From: Tissierellales bacterium
Lineage (GTDB): Bacteria; Bacillota; Clostridia; Tissierellales; JAOAQY01
Assembly (NCBI GenBank): GCA_025210965.1
Contig: JAOAQY010000030.1
Span: forward strand, 1-38,081
Direction of reading: 5' to 3'
DNA length: 38,081 nt
Shown here: piece after piece, positions 18,122 to 28,251 of the stretch
Numbering within the stretch: the stretch's first letter is position 1
How the letters are laid out: each line of letters begins with the position of its first letter
Program-made: the position numbers and the translations under genes
The notes under the pieces: generated by a model
What the model was told of the DNA's origin: nothing
What the model saw: the letters and a program-made list of their open reading frames with translations, nothing else
Database searches by the model: none

Positions 18122-18143
18122 ATAAATGTGTACTAAAATTTTG

Positions 18144-19313
18144 TTAAATTACTCGTGATAATGATTCTACCACAGCATCTATTTCTTCTCTCGTGATTCT
18201 AAGGTTTGGTAAAAGTCTTATGACACATCCATTAGTAACATTTATTAGAAGTTTTTCATCTTTCAAAGCTCGATCTCTAACTTCTAATGCATCACTTGTG
18301 AGTTCTAAGCCAATCATCATGCCCATACCCCTGACGTCTGATATTTTATCTGGTTTCATACTCTTTAGTTCTTCGAGTTTCTCTATGAAGTATTCACTTC
18401 TGCTATCTAGATCTTCAAAAAATCCATCTGCAAGTATATTTTTTACTATAGCACAGCCCGCAGCACAAGCTATAGGATTCCCTCCAAATGTAGTTCCATG
18501 ATCTCCAGGTTTTAGTACTTCTGCATATGGTTCTCTAACTAGCATAGCTCCAAGAGGAAGTCCTCCTCCAAGTGATTTTGCTAGACAAACTATGTCTGGC
18601 TTCAAATCATAATTTTGATATGCCATAAGTGAACCTGCCCTTCCAAGCCCTGTCTGAATCTCGTCTATAACTATCAAAAAGTCATATTTTTTCTTCAATT
18701 CTACAAGTCCTTTAACGAATTCCTTAGACAATGGTCTAACGCCACCTTCACCCTGTACCAATTCTACAAATACAGCGGCTGTCTGATCACTGATAGCGCA
18801 TTCTAGAGATTCCAAATCATCGTATTTGAAATGCATGACGCCTGGTATTAGAGGTCTAAATGCATCTTGATATTTTGCTTGACCTGTAAGTGCAAGCGCA
18901 CCTGTAGTTCTTCCATGAAATGAATTTAATGCTGACAAAATCTGCTTTTTGCCTCTTTCATTTCCCCATTTCTTTACTAGCTTAAGTGCAGCTTCTGTAG
19001 CCTCTGTACCAGAATTTGTATAAAAAACTTTGTCTGCAAAACTATTCTCAACTAAAAGTTCTGCAAGTTCAACACTTGGGTAACTGGCAAAATAATTAGA
19101 TAAATGTCCATAAGCTCTCAATTGATTTTCTATTGCATCTACTACGCTATCTGGACTATGTCCTAAGTTATTTACTGATATTCCCATCATAGTATCAAAA
19201 TAGGCATTTCCCTCTGCGTCGTATATATAATTACCTTTAGCTTTTATTATTTCAAGTGGCAATCTCTTGTAGGTATTTACAATATAATCTCTATCTTTTT
19301 CTAATAATCTCAC
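18144..19313 (-). CDS. Class-III (ArgD/DapC-like) PLP aminotransferase, likely the N-acetyl-LL-diaminopimelate aminotransferase of this operon
   Basis: 389 aa with acetylornithine-aminotransferase-family motifs (GTEATE, the LIVIDEIQTG region with the PLP lysine, TFGGNP). It is the last gene of the dap operon, 4 bp after dapH. Confidence 0.8.
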   Translation of the reverse strand: MRLLEKDRDYIVNTYKRLPLEIIKAKGNYIYDAEGNAYFDTMMGISVNNLGHSPDSVVDAIENQLRAYGHLSNYFASYPSVELAELLVENSFADKVFYTNSGTEATEAALKLVKKWGNERGKKQILSALNSFHGRTTGALALTGQAKYQDAFRPLIPGVMHFKYDDLESLECAISDQTAAVFVELVQGEGGVRPLSKEFVKGLVELKKKYDFLIVIDEIQTGLGRAGSLMAYQNYDLKPDIVCLAKSLGGGLPLGAMLVREPYAEVLKPGDHGTTFGGNPIACAAGCAIVKNILADGFFEDLDSRSEYFIEKLEELKSMKPDKISDVRGMGMMIGLELTSDALEVRDRALKDEKLLINVTNGCVIRLLPNLRITREEIDAVVESLSRVI

Positions 19314-19317
19314 GAAA

Positions 19318-20028
19318 TCACCCTCTTAAATCTTCTAGTATCTCTGTCTTTTCCGCTGTTTTTTCATCTTTTTCCTTTATAATTCTAGCCGGACTTCCTG
19401 CAACTACAACTCCAGCTGGCACATCTTCTGTAACTACGGCTCCAGCTGCAACTACTGATCCCTGCCCAACTCTAACGCCTTCTAGCACTACTGCATTTGC
19501 TCCTACTAATACATCATCTTCTATGATTACAGGTGTCTTGCTTGGCGGCTCTAATACTCCTGCTATCACTGCTCCTGCTCCTATATGGGCATTTTTACCA
19601 ATTGTACCTCTAGCACCAACCACAGCATTCATATCTATCATAGTTCCTTCACCAATAGTTGCTCCTATATTTATCACAGCACCCATCATGATGACAGCTC
19701 TATCTCCAATTTCAACTCTATCTCTAATTATTGCTCCTGGCTCTATCCTTGCTTTCACCTTTCTAGTATCTAAAAGAGGTATAGCTGATAAGCGCCTATC
19801 GTATTCTACATGATAGTTGTCAATCAAGTCTTCATATTTTTCTATTTGATTTTCTATAACTTCCAATTCACCAATCAAAATAGCTGAACCGATACCTCTA
19901 AAACACTGACAATCACTAAATTCCATTTTCTCTATATCACCATTTAAGTAGACTTTAACAGGAGTCACCTTCGTCGCTTCTTTTATATATTCCGCTATGG
20001 CATACGGGTTTATAAAATCTTTTTCCAT
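19318..20028 (-). CDS. dapH: 2,3,4,5-tetrahydropyridine-2,6-dicarboxylate N-acetyltransferase (DapH)
   Basis: 236 aa, with N-terminal similarity to B. subtilis DapH/YkuQ (..[10 protein letters not shown]..) and a left-handed beta-helix hexapeptide-repeat C-terminus. Confidence 0.85.
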   Translation of the reverse strand: MEKDFINPYAIAEYIKEATKVTPVKVYLNGDIEKMEFSDCQCFRGIGSAILIGELEVIENQIEKYEDLIDNYHVEYDRRLSAIPLLDTRKVKARIEPGAIIRDRVEIGDRAVIMMGAVINIGATIGEGTMIDMNAVVGARGTIGKNAHIGAGAVIAGVLEPPSKTPVIIEDDVLVGANAVVLEGVRVGQGSVVAAGAVVTEDVPAGVVVAGSPARIIKEKDEKTAEKTEILEDLRG

Positions 20029-20098
20029 TTTTATTCCTCCTAATCATTTCAATATCTCATGTTTAATTTCTCATAATCGCTATAACTAAATCTCTTTT

Positions 20099-20854
20099 CT
20101 ACATCTGAGTTTTCAAAAGTGATTGCATTGTAAAAAATCCTTTTTTCTGAGTTCTCAGCATCTCACCTGTTCTAAGAGCTCCTCGGGCAAATATTGCCTT
20201 TGACTGAGCTGTATGTCTTATCTCTATTACTTCATTATCTCCTGCAAAATGTACTTGGTGCTCTCCTACTATAGTTCCTCCACGGATTGCATGAATAGCT
20301 ATTTCATCTTGTCTCTTTCCATTTTCACTTCTTCCATATTTTAATGGTCTCTCTACATCTAGACTTGCTTGCACCGCTCTTGCTAATGTCAGCGCTGTAC
20401 CACTTGGCACATCTATTTTTTTATTGTGATGTTTTTCTATAAGTTCTACGTCCCTTCCATCTGCTAATAAGTGACCAAATGAGCTCAGTATTAGCTCGAC
20501 TAGATTCACCCCTAGTGATAAATTAGTAGACCATAATATCGGAATATCGTTTCCCGCATCTTCTATTTTTCTAAGTTCATCCTCGTTATACCCTGTAGTT
20601 GCAATAAGAGTAGGTAAACTGTGTTCTTTAGAATAGTTTAAAATTTCATCTAAATTTGCTGGATGAGAAAAATCTATAAGTAAATCTGCATTGACAAGAG
20701 TATCATTTAGACTAGTATATATTTTGTCCCCTCTCTCACCTTCAGCCTTAGGTGCTATTCCAGCAACCAACTCAAATCCTTCTGTTTCATCTACTATTTT
20801 TCTGAGTACCTTTCCCATAGTTCCATCTATTCCGTATATTATTACCTTTGTCAT
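20099..20854 (-). CDS. dapB: 4-hydroxy-tetrahydrodipicolinate reductase
   Basis: 251 aa with an N-terminal Rossmann motif (IYGIDGTMGK) and DapB core motifs. Operon context. Confidence 0.85.
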   Translation of the reverse strand: MTKVIIYGIDGTMGKVLRKIVDETEGFELVAGIAPKAEGERGDKIYTSLNDTLVNADLLIDFSHPANLDEILNYSKEHSLPTLIATTGYNEDELRKIEDAGNDIPILWSTNLSLGVNLVELILSSFGHLLADGRDVELIEKHHNKKIDVPSGTALTLARAVQASLDVERPLKYGRSENGKRQDEIAIHAIRGGTIVGEHQVHFAGDNEVIEIRHTAQSKAIFARGALRTGEMLRTQKKGFFTMQSLLKTQM

Positions 20855-20865
20855 GGTATCCTCCT

Positions 20866-21747
20866 TTAATCCTCTAGCAAATTCAAACTGATCATGGCTT
20901 CTCTAAGCACCGGCTGAGTTTCTTCTGTCATTTTCTCAAGTGGTAATCTAACATCGCCATTGCAATATCCCATCCACTCCATAGCTTTTTTAACTGGAAT
21001 AGGGTTTGTCTCTACAAAAAGTGCCTTTACCAGTGTATTTAGATAATGCTGTATAGATGCTGATTCCTTAACATCTCCTTCTAAATACGTCATGACCATA
21101 TCGTGAGTTTTTCTAGGCATTACGTTTGATACGACGGATATCACACCTCTTCCTCCAAGTGACAATAGTGGAACTACCGTATTGTCATTACCTGAATAAA
21201 CTGCAAAAGAATCATCTACTCTTCTTAGTATTTCTGATATTTGATCAAAGTTTCCACTTGCCTCTTTAACAGCCACTATACCTTCTATTTGACTCAAACT
21301 AACTATTGTATCCACTGATATGTTCATACCAGTTCTACCTGGCACGTTGTAAACCACAATAGGTGTATTCACAGAATCTGCAATAGCTTTATAATGTGTA
21401 ATCAAGCTTTTTTGTGTTCCTTTATTGTAATAAGGATTCACTACTAAAAGTCCATCTACACCTGCCTCTTCAGCCCACTTAGACTGAATTATAGCTTTTT
21501 GCGTATTATTAGCACCGCTTCCCGCTATAACCGGTACTCTTTTCGCCACTCTTTCTACAGTGTGCTTTAAAAGTGATTTGTACTCATCATCTGTAAGTGT
21601 AGCTGCCTCTCCTGTAGTACCTGCAACTACAATAGCATCTATTTTATTTTCAATTTGAAATTCTATTATTCTGTCTAATGATTCATAGTCAATCCCATCA
21701 CCTGTAAATGGCGTTACGATGGCTGTTGCCGCTCCTGTAAATAACAT
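20866..21747 (-). CDS. dapA: 4-hydroxy-tetrahydrodipicolinate synthase
   Basis: 293 aa with DapA motifs (AIVVAGTTGEA, the VPVIAG region with the active-site Lys). Confidence 0.9.
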   Translation of the reverse strand: MLFTGAATAIVTPFTGDGIDYESLDRIIEFQIENKIDAIVVAGTTGEAATLTDDEYKSLLKHTVERVAKRVPVIAGSGANNTQKAIIQSKWAEEAGVDGLLVVNPYYNKGTQKSLITHYKAIADSVNTPIVVYNVPGRTGMNISVDTIVSLSQIEGIVAVKEASGNFDQISEILRRVDDSFAVYSGNDNTVVPLLSLGGRGVISVVSNVMPRKTHDMVMTYLEGDVKESASIQHYLNTLVKALFVETNPIPVKKAMEWMGYCNGDVRLPLEKMTEETQPVLREAMISLNLLED

Positions 21748-21762
21748 TTTTATTCCCCCTGT

Positions 21763-22761
21763 CTACATATCTCTTTTTAGTGGCTCTCTAGTAATCAATA
21801 ACTCTGCAATTTGTACTGTATTACTCGCTGCGCCTTTTCTTATATTGTCTGCTACTACCCAAAGATTAAGTGTTCTCTCAAAACTATCATCTCTTCTGAT
21901 ACGACCTACCCAAACCTCGTCATGTCCTGCTGCATCTATTGGCATTGGATATTCTAATTTTTCTGGGTTATCTTTTAATATCAAATTAGGAAAGTCTGAT
22001 AATATTTGTTTTACCTCGTCTAATTCAAAATCCTCTTTGAGCGTTACGTTTATAGATACTGAGTGCGCTGATGCTACTGGTATTCTAACTGCAGTAGCTG
22101 TTATAGGTAAATCTTCCACACCCAAAATTTTTCTAGTTTCATCTATCATTTTCTGCTCTTCTTTTGTATATCCATTTTCCAAAAACACATCTATATGAGG
22201 TAGACAGTTGTTTTGAATTGGATATGGATAACAATCAGTAGTACCTTCTTCTAAATCCTTTACTCCTTTTACTCCAGAGCCAGAAACCGATTGATATGTG
22301 TTATATATAACCCTCTCCAATCCATATCTCTGTTGTAATGCTCTAAGTGGTAACATGCATTGTATAGTAGAGCAGTTTGGATTTGCTATTATTCCATCAT
22401 GTGAAAATGCATCATCTGGATTTACCTCAGGAACCACAAGTGGTATCTCTTTATCCATTCTCCATGCACTACTATTGTCTACTACTATAACTCCTTTTGA
22501 CTTTGCAATAGGTGCAAATTTTTTGCTGATTCCCGCTCCAGCAGAAAATAATGCAATATCTATATCTCTATCAAAACTATTTTCATCTAGTGCTTCAACA
22601 ACTACTTCTCTATCTCCACATCTCACTGTCTGCCCCGCTGATCTCTCCGATGCAAAGGCATATAGATTAGCTATAGGAAATTTTCTTTCAGCCAATACCT
22701 TTAAAAATGTTCTACCAACCATTCCTGTTGCTCCAACTAATGCTATATTATATCCTTCCAT
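21763..22761 (-). CDS. asd: Aspartate-semialdehyde dehydrogenase
   Basis: 332 aa with the N-terminal VGATGMVG NAD(P) motif and the active-site region NCSTI. Confidence 0.9.
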   Translation of the reverse strand: MEGYNIALVGATGMVGRTFLKVLAERKFPIANLYAFASERSAGQTVRCGDREVVVEALDENSFDRDIDIALFSAGAGISKKFAPIAKSKGVIVVDNSSAWRMDKEIPLVVPEVNPDDAFSHDGIIANPNCSTIQCMLPLRALQQRYGLERVIYNTYQSVSGSGVKGVKDLEEGTTDCYPYPIQNNCLPHIDVFLENGYTKEEQKMIDETRKILGVEDLPITATAVRIPVASAHSVSINVTLKEDFELDEVKQILSDFPNLILKDNPEKLEYPMPIDAAGHDEVWVGRIRRDDSFERTLNLWVVADNIRKGAASNTVQIAELLITREPLKRDM

Positions 22762-22764
22762 TTT

Positions 22765-23607
22765 CTAATATCCTCCTTTGATGTATGTATATAATCCGCT
22801 ACATATTTTCTGTGACGGTCCTGTCATGTAGACTTCTTTTCCATCTATTTCTATTAAAAGCGTTCCACCTTTTGATTTTACTTCAGCTTTTTTACCATTT
22901 TTTGAAAGCACATCTCCTACAACTACTGCTGCACATGCTCCAGTTCCACACGCTAAGGTTATTCCAACTCCTCTTTCCCACGTAAGTATCTCTAAATGCT
23001 CCTCATCTACCCAATTCACAAAATTCACATTTGTTTTTTCTGGATATATATCCAAATTTTCAATTGCTGGCCCAAACTGACTTGCATAGCTTTCATCTAT
23101 TTGGCTTACTTCAACTATTGTATGAGTAGTTCCCATGTACAAACTATTTAATTCTATGTCTTCATCAAATAATATTTGTTTGAATCTTAGTATTTTGTCC
23201 ATATCGCTCTTTGCAACCTTTGCAGGTATTTCTTTTACATCCCACTTTGGATTTCCCATATATACTCTGCTACTAGATCCATCTGCATTCCTATATTCTA
23301 GAGTCAAATTTCCTGCAAGTGTTTTTATATCAACTTCTTGTCCATCTAATCCACTTTGCTTCAAATAGTGACCAAAACATCTTATTCCATTTCCACACAT
23401 AGGAGCTCTTGATCCATCTGCATTGTAAAATACCATTTCTATATTTGGCTCTCTTCTACAAATAATCATTCCATCAGCGCCTATTCCAAATTTTCTATTG
23501 CAAACATTTTGTGCAAGTAGTGAAAAATCCAAATCCACAACTTCACTCTCTTCAAATATTATGAAATCATTGCCAATTCCTTGATACTTGCTAAATCTCA
23601 GTTCCAT
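22765..23607 (-). CDS. dapF: Diaminopimelate epimerase
   Basis: 280 aa with both catalytic cysteine motifs (NADGSRAPMCGNG and ACGTGA). Confidence 0.9.
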   Translation of the reverse strand: MELRFSKYQGIGNDFIIFEESEVVDLDFSLLAQNVCNRKFGIGADGMIICRREPNIEMVFYNADGSRAPMCGNGIRCFGHYLKQSGLDGQEVDIKTLAGNLTLEYRNADGSSSRVYMGNPKWDVKEIPAKVAKSDMDKILRFKQILFDEDIELNSLYMGTTHTIVEVSQIDESYASQFGPAIENLDIYPEKTNVNFVNWVDEEHLEILTWERGVGITLACGTGACAAVVVGDVLSKNGKKAEVKSKGGTLLIEIDGKEVYMTGPSQKICSGLYTYIKGGY

Positions 23608-23616
23608 ATAGTCCTC

Positions 23617-24816
23617 CTATAGTTCAAATGTTTTCGCCAAAAGAGTAAGTGCCCTCTGCATATCCTTTTTATAAATAGTGTATGAAATGCTAATCTCTGA
23701 TGTCGTTACCTGCTCAAAGTGAATCGACTCTCTAGCAAATAAATCAAATATCGAACCAGCTACACCAGAATGGTTTCTCATACCAATTCCAACTACTGAT
23801 ATCTTTGTCAATTCAGAATTTTTCGAAATTTCAACTTGCGTAAAAGATGATTTTATGTCTTTTATAGCTTCATCTACCCTATGATCTTGATCTATTGGAC
23901 ATGTAAAGCTGAGTGATGTTTTCCCATCTTGTGATAAGGTCTGACTTATCATATCTATATTTACTTCATTTTGAGAAAAGGCACTAAATACCTCTGCAAT
24001 TTGTCCTGGTTCTGCTTCTAGATTTTTTAGAGCTATACTCAGTATATCGTCGCTCACTGAAATCCCTGTGATGACTTGTTCTTCCATTTCTTCAACCTCC
24101 CGAATCCACGTTCCTGTAACCTGTCTTTGACTATGAGCTACATATATTGGCACTCCATATTTTTTTCCTATCTCCACGGCTCTAGGTTCCATTACCCCAG
24201 CACCTAAACTTGCTAGTTCCATCATCTCTTCATAAGATATCTGTTCTAGTCTCTTTGCATCTTCGTATTTCCTAGGATCAACTCCATATATACCATCAAC
24301 GTCTGTATATATTTCACATGAAAAACCAAGAGATGCTGCTAAAGCAACCGCTGTGGTATCTGATCCACCTCTTCCAAGTGTTGTTATAGCACCCTCTTCA
24401 TTCACTCCTTGAAAACCTGCCACTACTACTATTTCTCCTCTTGATAGTGCCTCACAAATCTTTGATGCGTTCACTCCGGTTATCTTGTTTGCTGTGTGAC
24501 GACCCTCTGTTATTATGCCTGCCTGTGCACCTGTAAATGATGTAGCTGGCTGACCTTCTGCTCTAAGAGCCATTGTAAGTAGTGCTATAGTTTGCTGCTC
24601 TCCTGTAGAAAGTAATACATCTAATTCTCTATCATCTGGTCTATGCGAGACACTTTTTGCCATTTTTATCAATTTATCTGTAGTCTTTCCCATAGCTGAA
24701 ACCACTACTACTAAATCTTCGCCCTCAGCCTTTTTCGCCAAAAGTCTTTGAGCTATAGCTTTTATTTTATCTATGTCTCCAACAGATGTTCCACCATATT
24801 TTTGTACTATCCCCAT
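23617..24816 (-). CDS. lysC: Aspartate kinase with C-terminal ACT domains
   Basis: 399 aa with the N-terminal KYGGTSV motif, a kinase core and tandem ACT domains. Confidence 0.9.
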   Translation of the reverse strand: MGIVQKYGGTSVGDIDKIKAIAQRLLAKKAEGEDLVVVVSAMGKTTDKLIKMAKSVSHRPDDRELDVLLSTGEQQTIALLTMALRAEGQPATSFTGAQAGIITEGRHTANKITGVNASKICEALSRGEIVVVAGFQGVNEEGAITTLGRGGSDTTAVALAASLGFSCEIYTDVDGIYGVDPRKYEDAKRLEQISYEEMMELASLGAGVMEPRAVEIGKKYGVPIYVAHSQRQVTGTWIREVEEMEEQVITGISVSDDILSIALKNLEAEPGQIAEVFSAFSQNEVNIDMISQTLSQDGKTSLSFTCPIDQDHRVDEAIKDIKSSFTQVEISKNSELTKISVVGIGMRNHSGVAGSIFDLFARESIHFEQVTTSEISISYTIYKKDMQRALTLLAKTFEL

Positions 24817-24822
24817 TTAGTT

Positions 24823-26118
24823 TCACTCCTCAAATTCCTGATCTAATCTAGTCAAATCCTCATAGCTCTCTCTTTTAACCAATAGCTGTGATTTGCCATT
24901 TTTTATACCTACTACTGCTGGTATACCATGTCTATTGTATCTGCTAGCCATACTGTAGTTATACGCTCCTGTTCCAAATACAGCTAATATATCGCCTCTT
25001 TCTGCTCGTGCAAATCTGCCATCTTTTATAAGTATGTCTCCAGATTCACAGCATTTTCCGGCTACAGTTACTATGTCACTTGCTTCTTCATTTGCTCTAT
25101 TTGCTATAATACCTTCGTATACTGCTTGATAAAGTGCTGGTCTTGGATTATCCGTCATTCCGCCATCTACAAATACGTATTTCTTGCCACCATATGTTTT
25201 CTTTGTGCCACCAACTGTGTATAGTGTAGTTCCAGCATTTGCAACTAAGCTTCTACCAGGTTCTATCATAAGTACTTCTAGATTGAGTCCTTTTTCTTCT
25301 ATTGTTCTTTCTACACTCTCAACCATTCGAGGAATAGTTGTTTCAATTTCTAGTGGCTTATCACCCTCTGCGTAGTAAATTCCAAATCCTCCACCTAAAT
25401 TTAAGTGAGTTGCTTCGAATCCGGTTTTCAATCTAACTTCACATACATATTCAATCATGGCCTCAGCCGCTTTTTCAAATGATGTGCCCTCAAAAATCTG
25501 AGAACCTATATGACAATGAAATCCTCTCAAGTTTACAAAATCATCATTAGACATTGACTCTATCAATTTCATAGTAGATTCTGCAAATATACTCTCTCCA
25601 AATTTTGAATCGTGTTTTGCAGTTTGTATATATTCATGTGTATGTGCATCAATTCCAGGATTTACTCTAAGTAGTACGTTTACTCTCTGTCCTCTTCTTC
25701 TAGCTATAACTTTAAGTCTCTCGTATTCTAAGCTATTATCAACAACTATCAAACCAACGCCCGCCTCTAGTGCTTCTATCAACTCTCTATCAGTTTTATT
25801 GTTTCCGTGAAAACAGATTCTTTCTCTTGGAAAATCAGCTTGTAGTGCTGTGTACAATTCTCCTCCTGATACCACATCGAGGCTCATACCTCTGTTTTTT
25901 AAAAATTGACATATCCCCTTACACAAAAATGACTTCGATGCATATAGAACCCTCGTTTCAAATTTTTCAGATGAAAATGCAGTCTTAAATTTATTAATTT
26001 GCATTTCCACATAATCTAAATCCAAAACATAAAGTGGTGTACCATATGTTTCTGCTAATGCAACGCTATCCATTTCACCTATCTCTAAATGACCTATAGA
26101 ATTTATCTTTCGTTCCAT
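24823..26118 (-). CDS. lysA: Diaminopimelate decarboxylase
   Basis: 431 aa fold-III PLP decarboxylase with the PLP Lys region (YASKSF) and the GGG(F/Y)G and EPGR motifs. First gene after the L-box. Confidence 0.9.
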   Translation of the reverse strand: MERKINSIGHLEIGEMDSVALAETYGTPLYVLDLDYVEMQINKFKTAFSSEKFETRVLYASKSFLCKGICQFLKNRGMSLDVVSGGELYTALQADFPRERICFHGNNKTDRELIEALEAGVGLIVVDNSLEYERLKVIARRRGQRVNVLLRVNPGIDAHTHEYIQTAKHDSKFGESIFAESTMKLIESMSNDDFVNLRGFHCHIGSQIFEGTSFEKAAEAMIEYVCEVRLKTGFEATHLNLGGGFGIYYAEGDKPLEIETTIPRMVESVERTIEEKGLNLEVLMIEPGRSLVANAGTTLYTVGGTKKTYGGKKYVFVDGGMTDNPRPALYQAVYEGIIANRANEEASDIVTVAGKCCESGDILIKDGRFARAERGDILAVFGTGAYNYSMASRYNRHGIPAVVGIKNGKSQLLVKRESYEDLTRLDQEFEE

Positions 26119-26190
26119 ATTTGTCTACACGCCCTTCTATTTCTTATTTGTTTTATATTACCCATTTTTGATTAGCTCTATTTTTGTATA

Positions 26191-26445
26191 CAAAAAACCA
26201 CCATGCGCAAAAACGCACAGTGGTTGAAATGTTTAAAATAAATATGATTTTACTAAATCAAAACACATTCTCTCACTTGGTCTTTACCCCATGCACTACA
26301 GCACTCCGATAAAGCAATGGGCCTCACTCTATCGACAGTACTATATTTATTCAATATAGCCCCAAGAACTCTATTTGAGTTCTTTCGGCGGATCACCCTT
26401 TCGATGTCTCTACTCATCTACTATTGATCTCCGCACCTCTATAAT
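26191..26445 (-). ncRNA. Lysine riboswitch (L-box), with its intrinsic terminator at 26191-26224
   Basis: The reverse complement reads AGAGGTGCGGAGATCAATAG...CGAAAGGGTGATCCGCCGAAAG...TTGGGGCTATATTG...CTGTCGATAGAGTGAGGCCC...TCGGAGTGCTGTAG. This matches the conserved L-box blocks as I recall them from B. subtilis lysC (AGAGGCGC / AATAG / GAAAGGG / GCCGAAG / TTGGGG / CTGTC / AGAGTG / TTGGAG). A hairpin plus GGTGGTTTTTTGT follows before the lysA RBS. Confidence 0.9.
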
Positions 26446-26524
26446 GCACTGATTATCCATATGTATTCAATTGATGATTTTGCTGTTCGGCAAAACCTCT
26501 TTGAATTGTTTTCTATATTATCAG

Positions 26525-26553
26525 TCTTGTATAAATTTGTCAACTATAATTTA
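26525..26553 (-). promoter_or_regulatory. Promoter of the L-box/lys-dap operon (TTGACA-17-TAATAT)
   Basis: The -35 is the reverse complement of 26548-26553 and the -10 the reverse complement of 26525-26530. It sits about 70 nt upstream of the aptamer. Confidence 0.5.
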
Positions 26554-26584
26554 CAACTTTATTTAAAGTTCTTAATATTTTACT

Positions 26585-26613
26585 TTGACATATATATTCA
26601 ATTTGTCTATAAT
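26585..26613 (+). promoter_or_regulatory. Consensus sigma-A promoter (TTGACA-17-TATAAT) for the divergent N-acetyl-DAP deacetylase gene
   Basis: Perfect hexamers at 26585-26590 and 26608-26613 with a 17-nt spacer. Confidence 0.6.
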
Positions 26614-26668
26614 ATTAGAAAATTGAATGAAATTCACACACTACATTCACGACTAGGAGGTTTTACTA

Positions 26669-27795
26669 TGTCAATGTCCGAGTTAATAAACAATTTTAGA
26701 GAAGAATTACACCAAATTCCAGAACTCGAATTAGATTTACCACTAACTCAATCATATATATTAGATAAATTAATTTCTTTTGGCTATGAACCATTTGCTA
26801 TTGCTAAATCTGGTGTTATAGCTTTTAAGAAAGGAAAAATCGGCAAAAAAACTTATGCATTTAGAGCTGATATGGATGCTCTACCACTTACCGAAACAAA
26901 TGAAATATCTTTCAAATCTAAGCACTCTGGTTGTATGCATGCATGTGGTCACGATGGTCACATGGCTATACTTCTTGGACTCTCTAAGTATGTATCTGAT
27001 TTAGATATCAAAGAAAATATATTATTTATATTTCAGCCTGGAGAAGAATCTCCTGGTGGCGCTGAAATTATAGTCAAATCTGGATTATTCGATAAATATC
27101 CAGTAGATGCTTTTTTTGGTTTGCATTTATTTCCAGATGTAGCTGAAGGTAAAATAGCTATAAAATCTGGTCCTCAAATGGCACAATGCGGCGAACTAGA
27201 TGTTGAAATTATAGGAAAATCTGGACATGGAGCTATGCCTCAATCTGGGCATGATGCATTATTAACTGCCTCTGAATTGATTAAATCCTATCCTGAAATA
27301 GTATCTAAAAAGCTTTCGCCTCTAGATCCTGCTGTAATACATGTCGGTATGATAAGCGGAGGGTCTGCACGAAATGCAATTGCTGACAATGTTTCTTTTC
27401 ATGGAACTGTAAGAACATTCTCGAAAGAAGTTTTTGCTACTATCCAAGGCGAAATAAAATCATTACATGAATCCATGGAAATAAGATCAAATACGAAAAT
27501 AAATTGGAGTCTAGAACCTATGTATCCTCCTGTAATAAATGACCATACTTTAGCGAATATGCTTATAGAGCTATTAGATGAATCCATTTATGTGGATTCT
27601 AGACCTCGTATGACTGCTGAAGATTTTTCTTTTTATGGTGATGTAGCTCCTAGCCTTTTCGTTTTAGTTGGTACAAAAAACGAGGCCCTAAATTTGACAG
27701 CGCCTCTTCATAATCCTAAATTTAATTTCACCTCAAAAGCTCTTATAACGGGTTTTAACGCATTTAAAGCCTTAGTAGATCATCTTGCTTTATAA
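26669..27795 (+). CDS. M20-family amidohydrolase, probable N-acetyldiaminopimelate deacetylase (YkuR/DapL-like)
   Basis: M20D motifs (MHACGHDGH, GGAE). Start reassigned to the ATG at 26669, which follows an AGGAGG RBS. The ORF-track N-terminal extension from 26461 overlaps the promoter and has no RBS. Sits next to the dap operon. Confidence 0.75.
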
Positions 27796-28161
27796 TTTTT
27801 CCATAAGTTCTACACGCTCTCCACTAGGTCCTTCGACAAAAAATATACTGCTTCCAAGAGCCTCTATTGGCTCTTTTAATAAAAATTTTATTTCAAATGC
27901 TTTGAGTTTTTCCAAACATTTAGTTAAATCGTCAACCCAAAAAGCAATGTGATCTATAGGTCCCGTTGCTTTTTTTTCATAAAGACTTGTCCTAGACTCA
28001 AGCAATTCTATTACTCCTTCGCCTGCTTTAATCAATGAAAAATAATATTTTTCGTTTGCTGTATCTTCAATATGCTCCAAACCCAAAATATCGATATAAA
28101 AACGTTTAGACTCCTCTAAATTCTCAACTTTTAGCGAAGTATGTGCCATTGTTATACCCAT
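27790..28161 (-). CDS. VOC/glyoxalase-family protein
   Basis: 123 aa with the beta-alpha-beta(3) glyoxalase/bleomycin-resistance fold pattern (HIAFWVDD). Convergent with the deacetylase, overlapping it by 6 nt. Confidence 0.65.
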   Translation of the reverse strand: MGITMAHTSLKVENLEESKRFYIDILGLEHIEDTANEKYYFSLIKAGEGVIELLESRTSLYEKKATGPIDHIAFWVDDLTKCLEKLKAFEIKFLLKEPIEALGSSIFFVEGPSGERVELMEKL

Positions 28162-28251
28162 TCACTTCACTCCTTCCCCTTCTAATATACCCATGCCTAC
28201 TAGATTTATCGTCTATATTAGAAAAAAGTTGAAGTCCAATTCGTGAAAAAG

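Noticed and set aside
19256-19813. 185-aa Pro/Thr/Ala-rich ORF on the plus strand
   Set aside because: It lies entirely antisense to the dapH hexapeptide-repeat region. Low-complexity mirror translation of the repeat explains it.
26461-26668. N-terminal 69-aa extension of the M20 deacetylase ORF (start at 26461)
   Set aside because: The extension overlaps the consensus promoter and has no RBS. An AGGAGG followed by ATG at 26669 gives a normal-length M20 protein.
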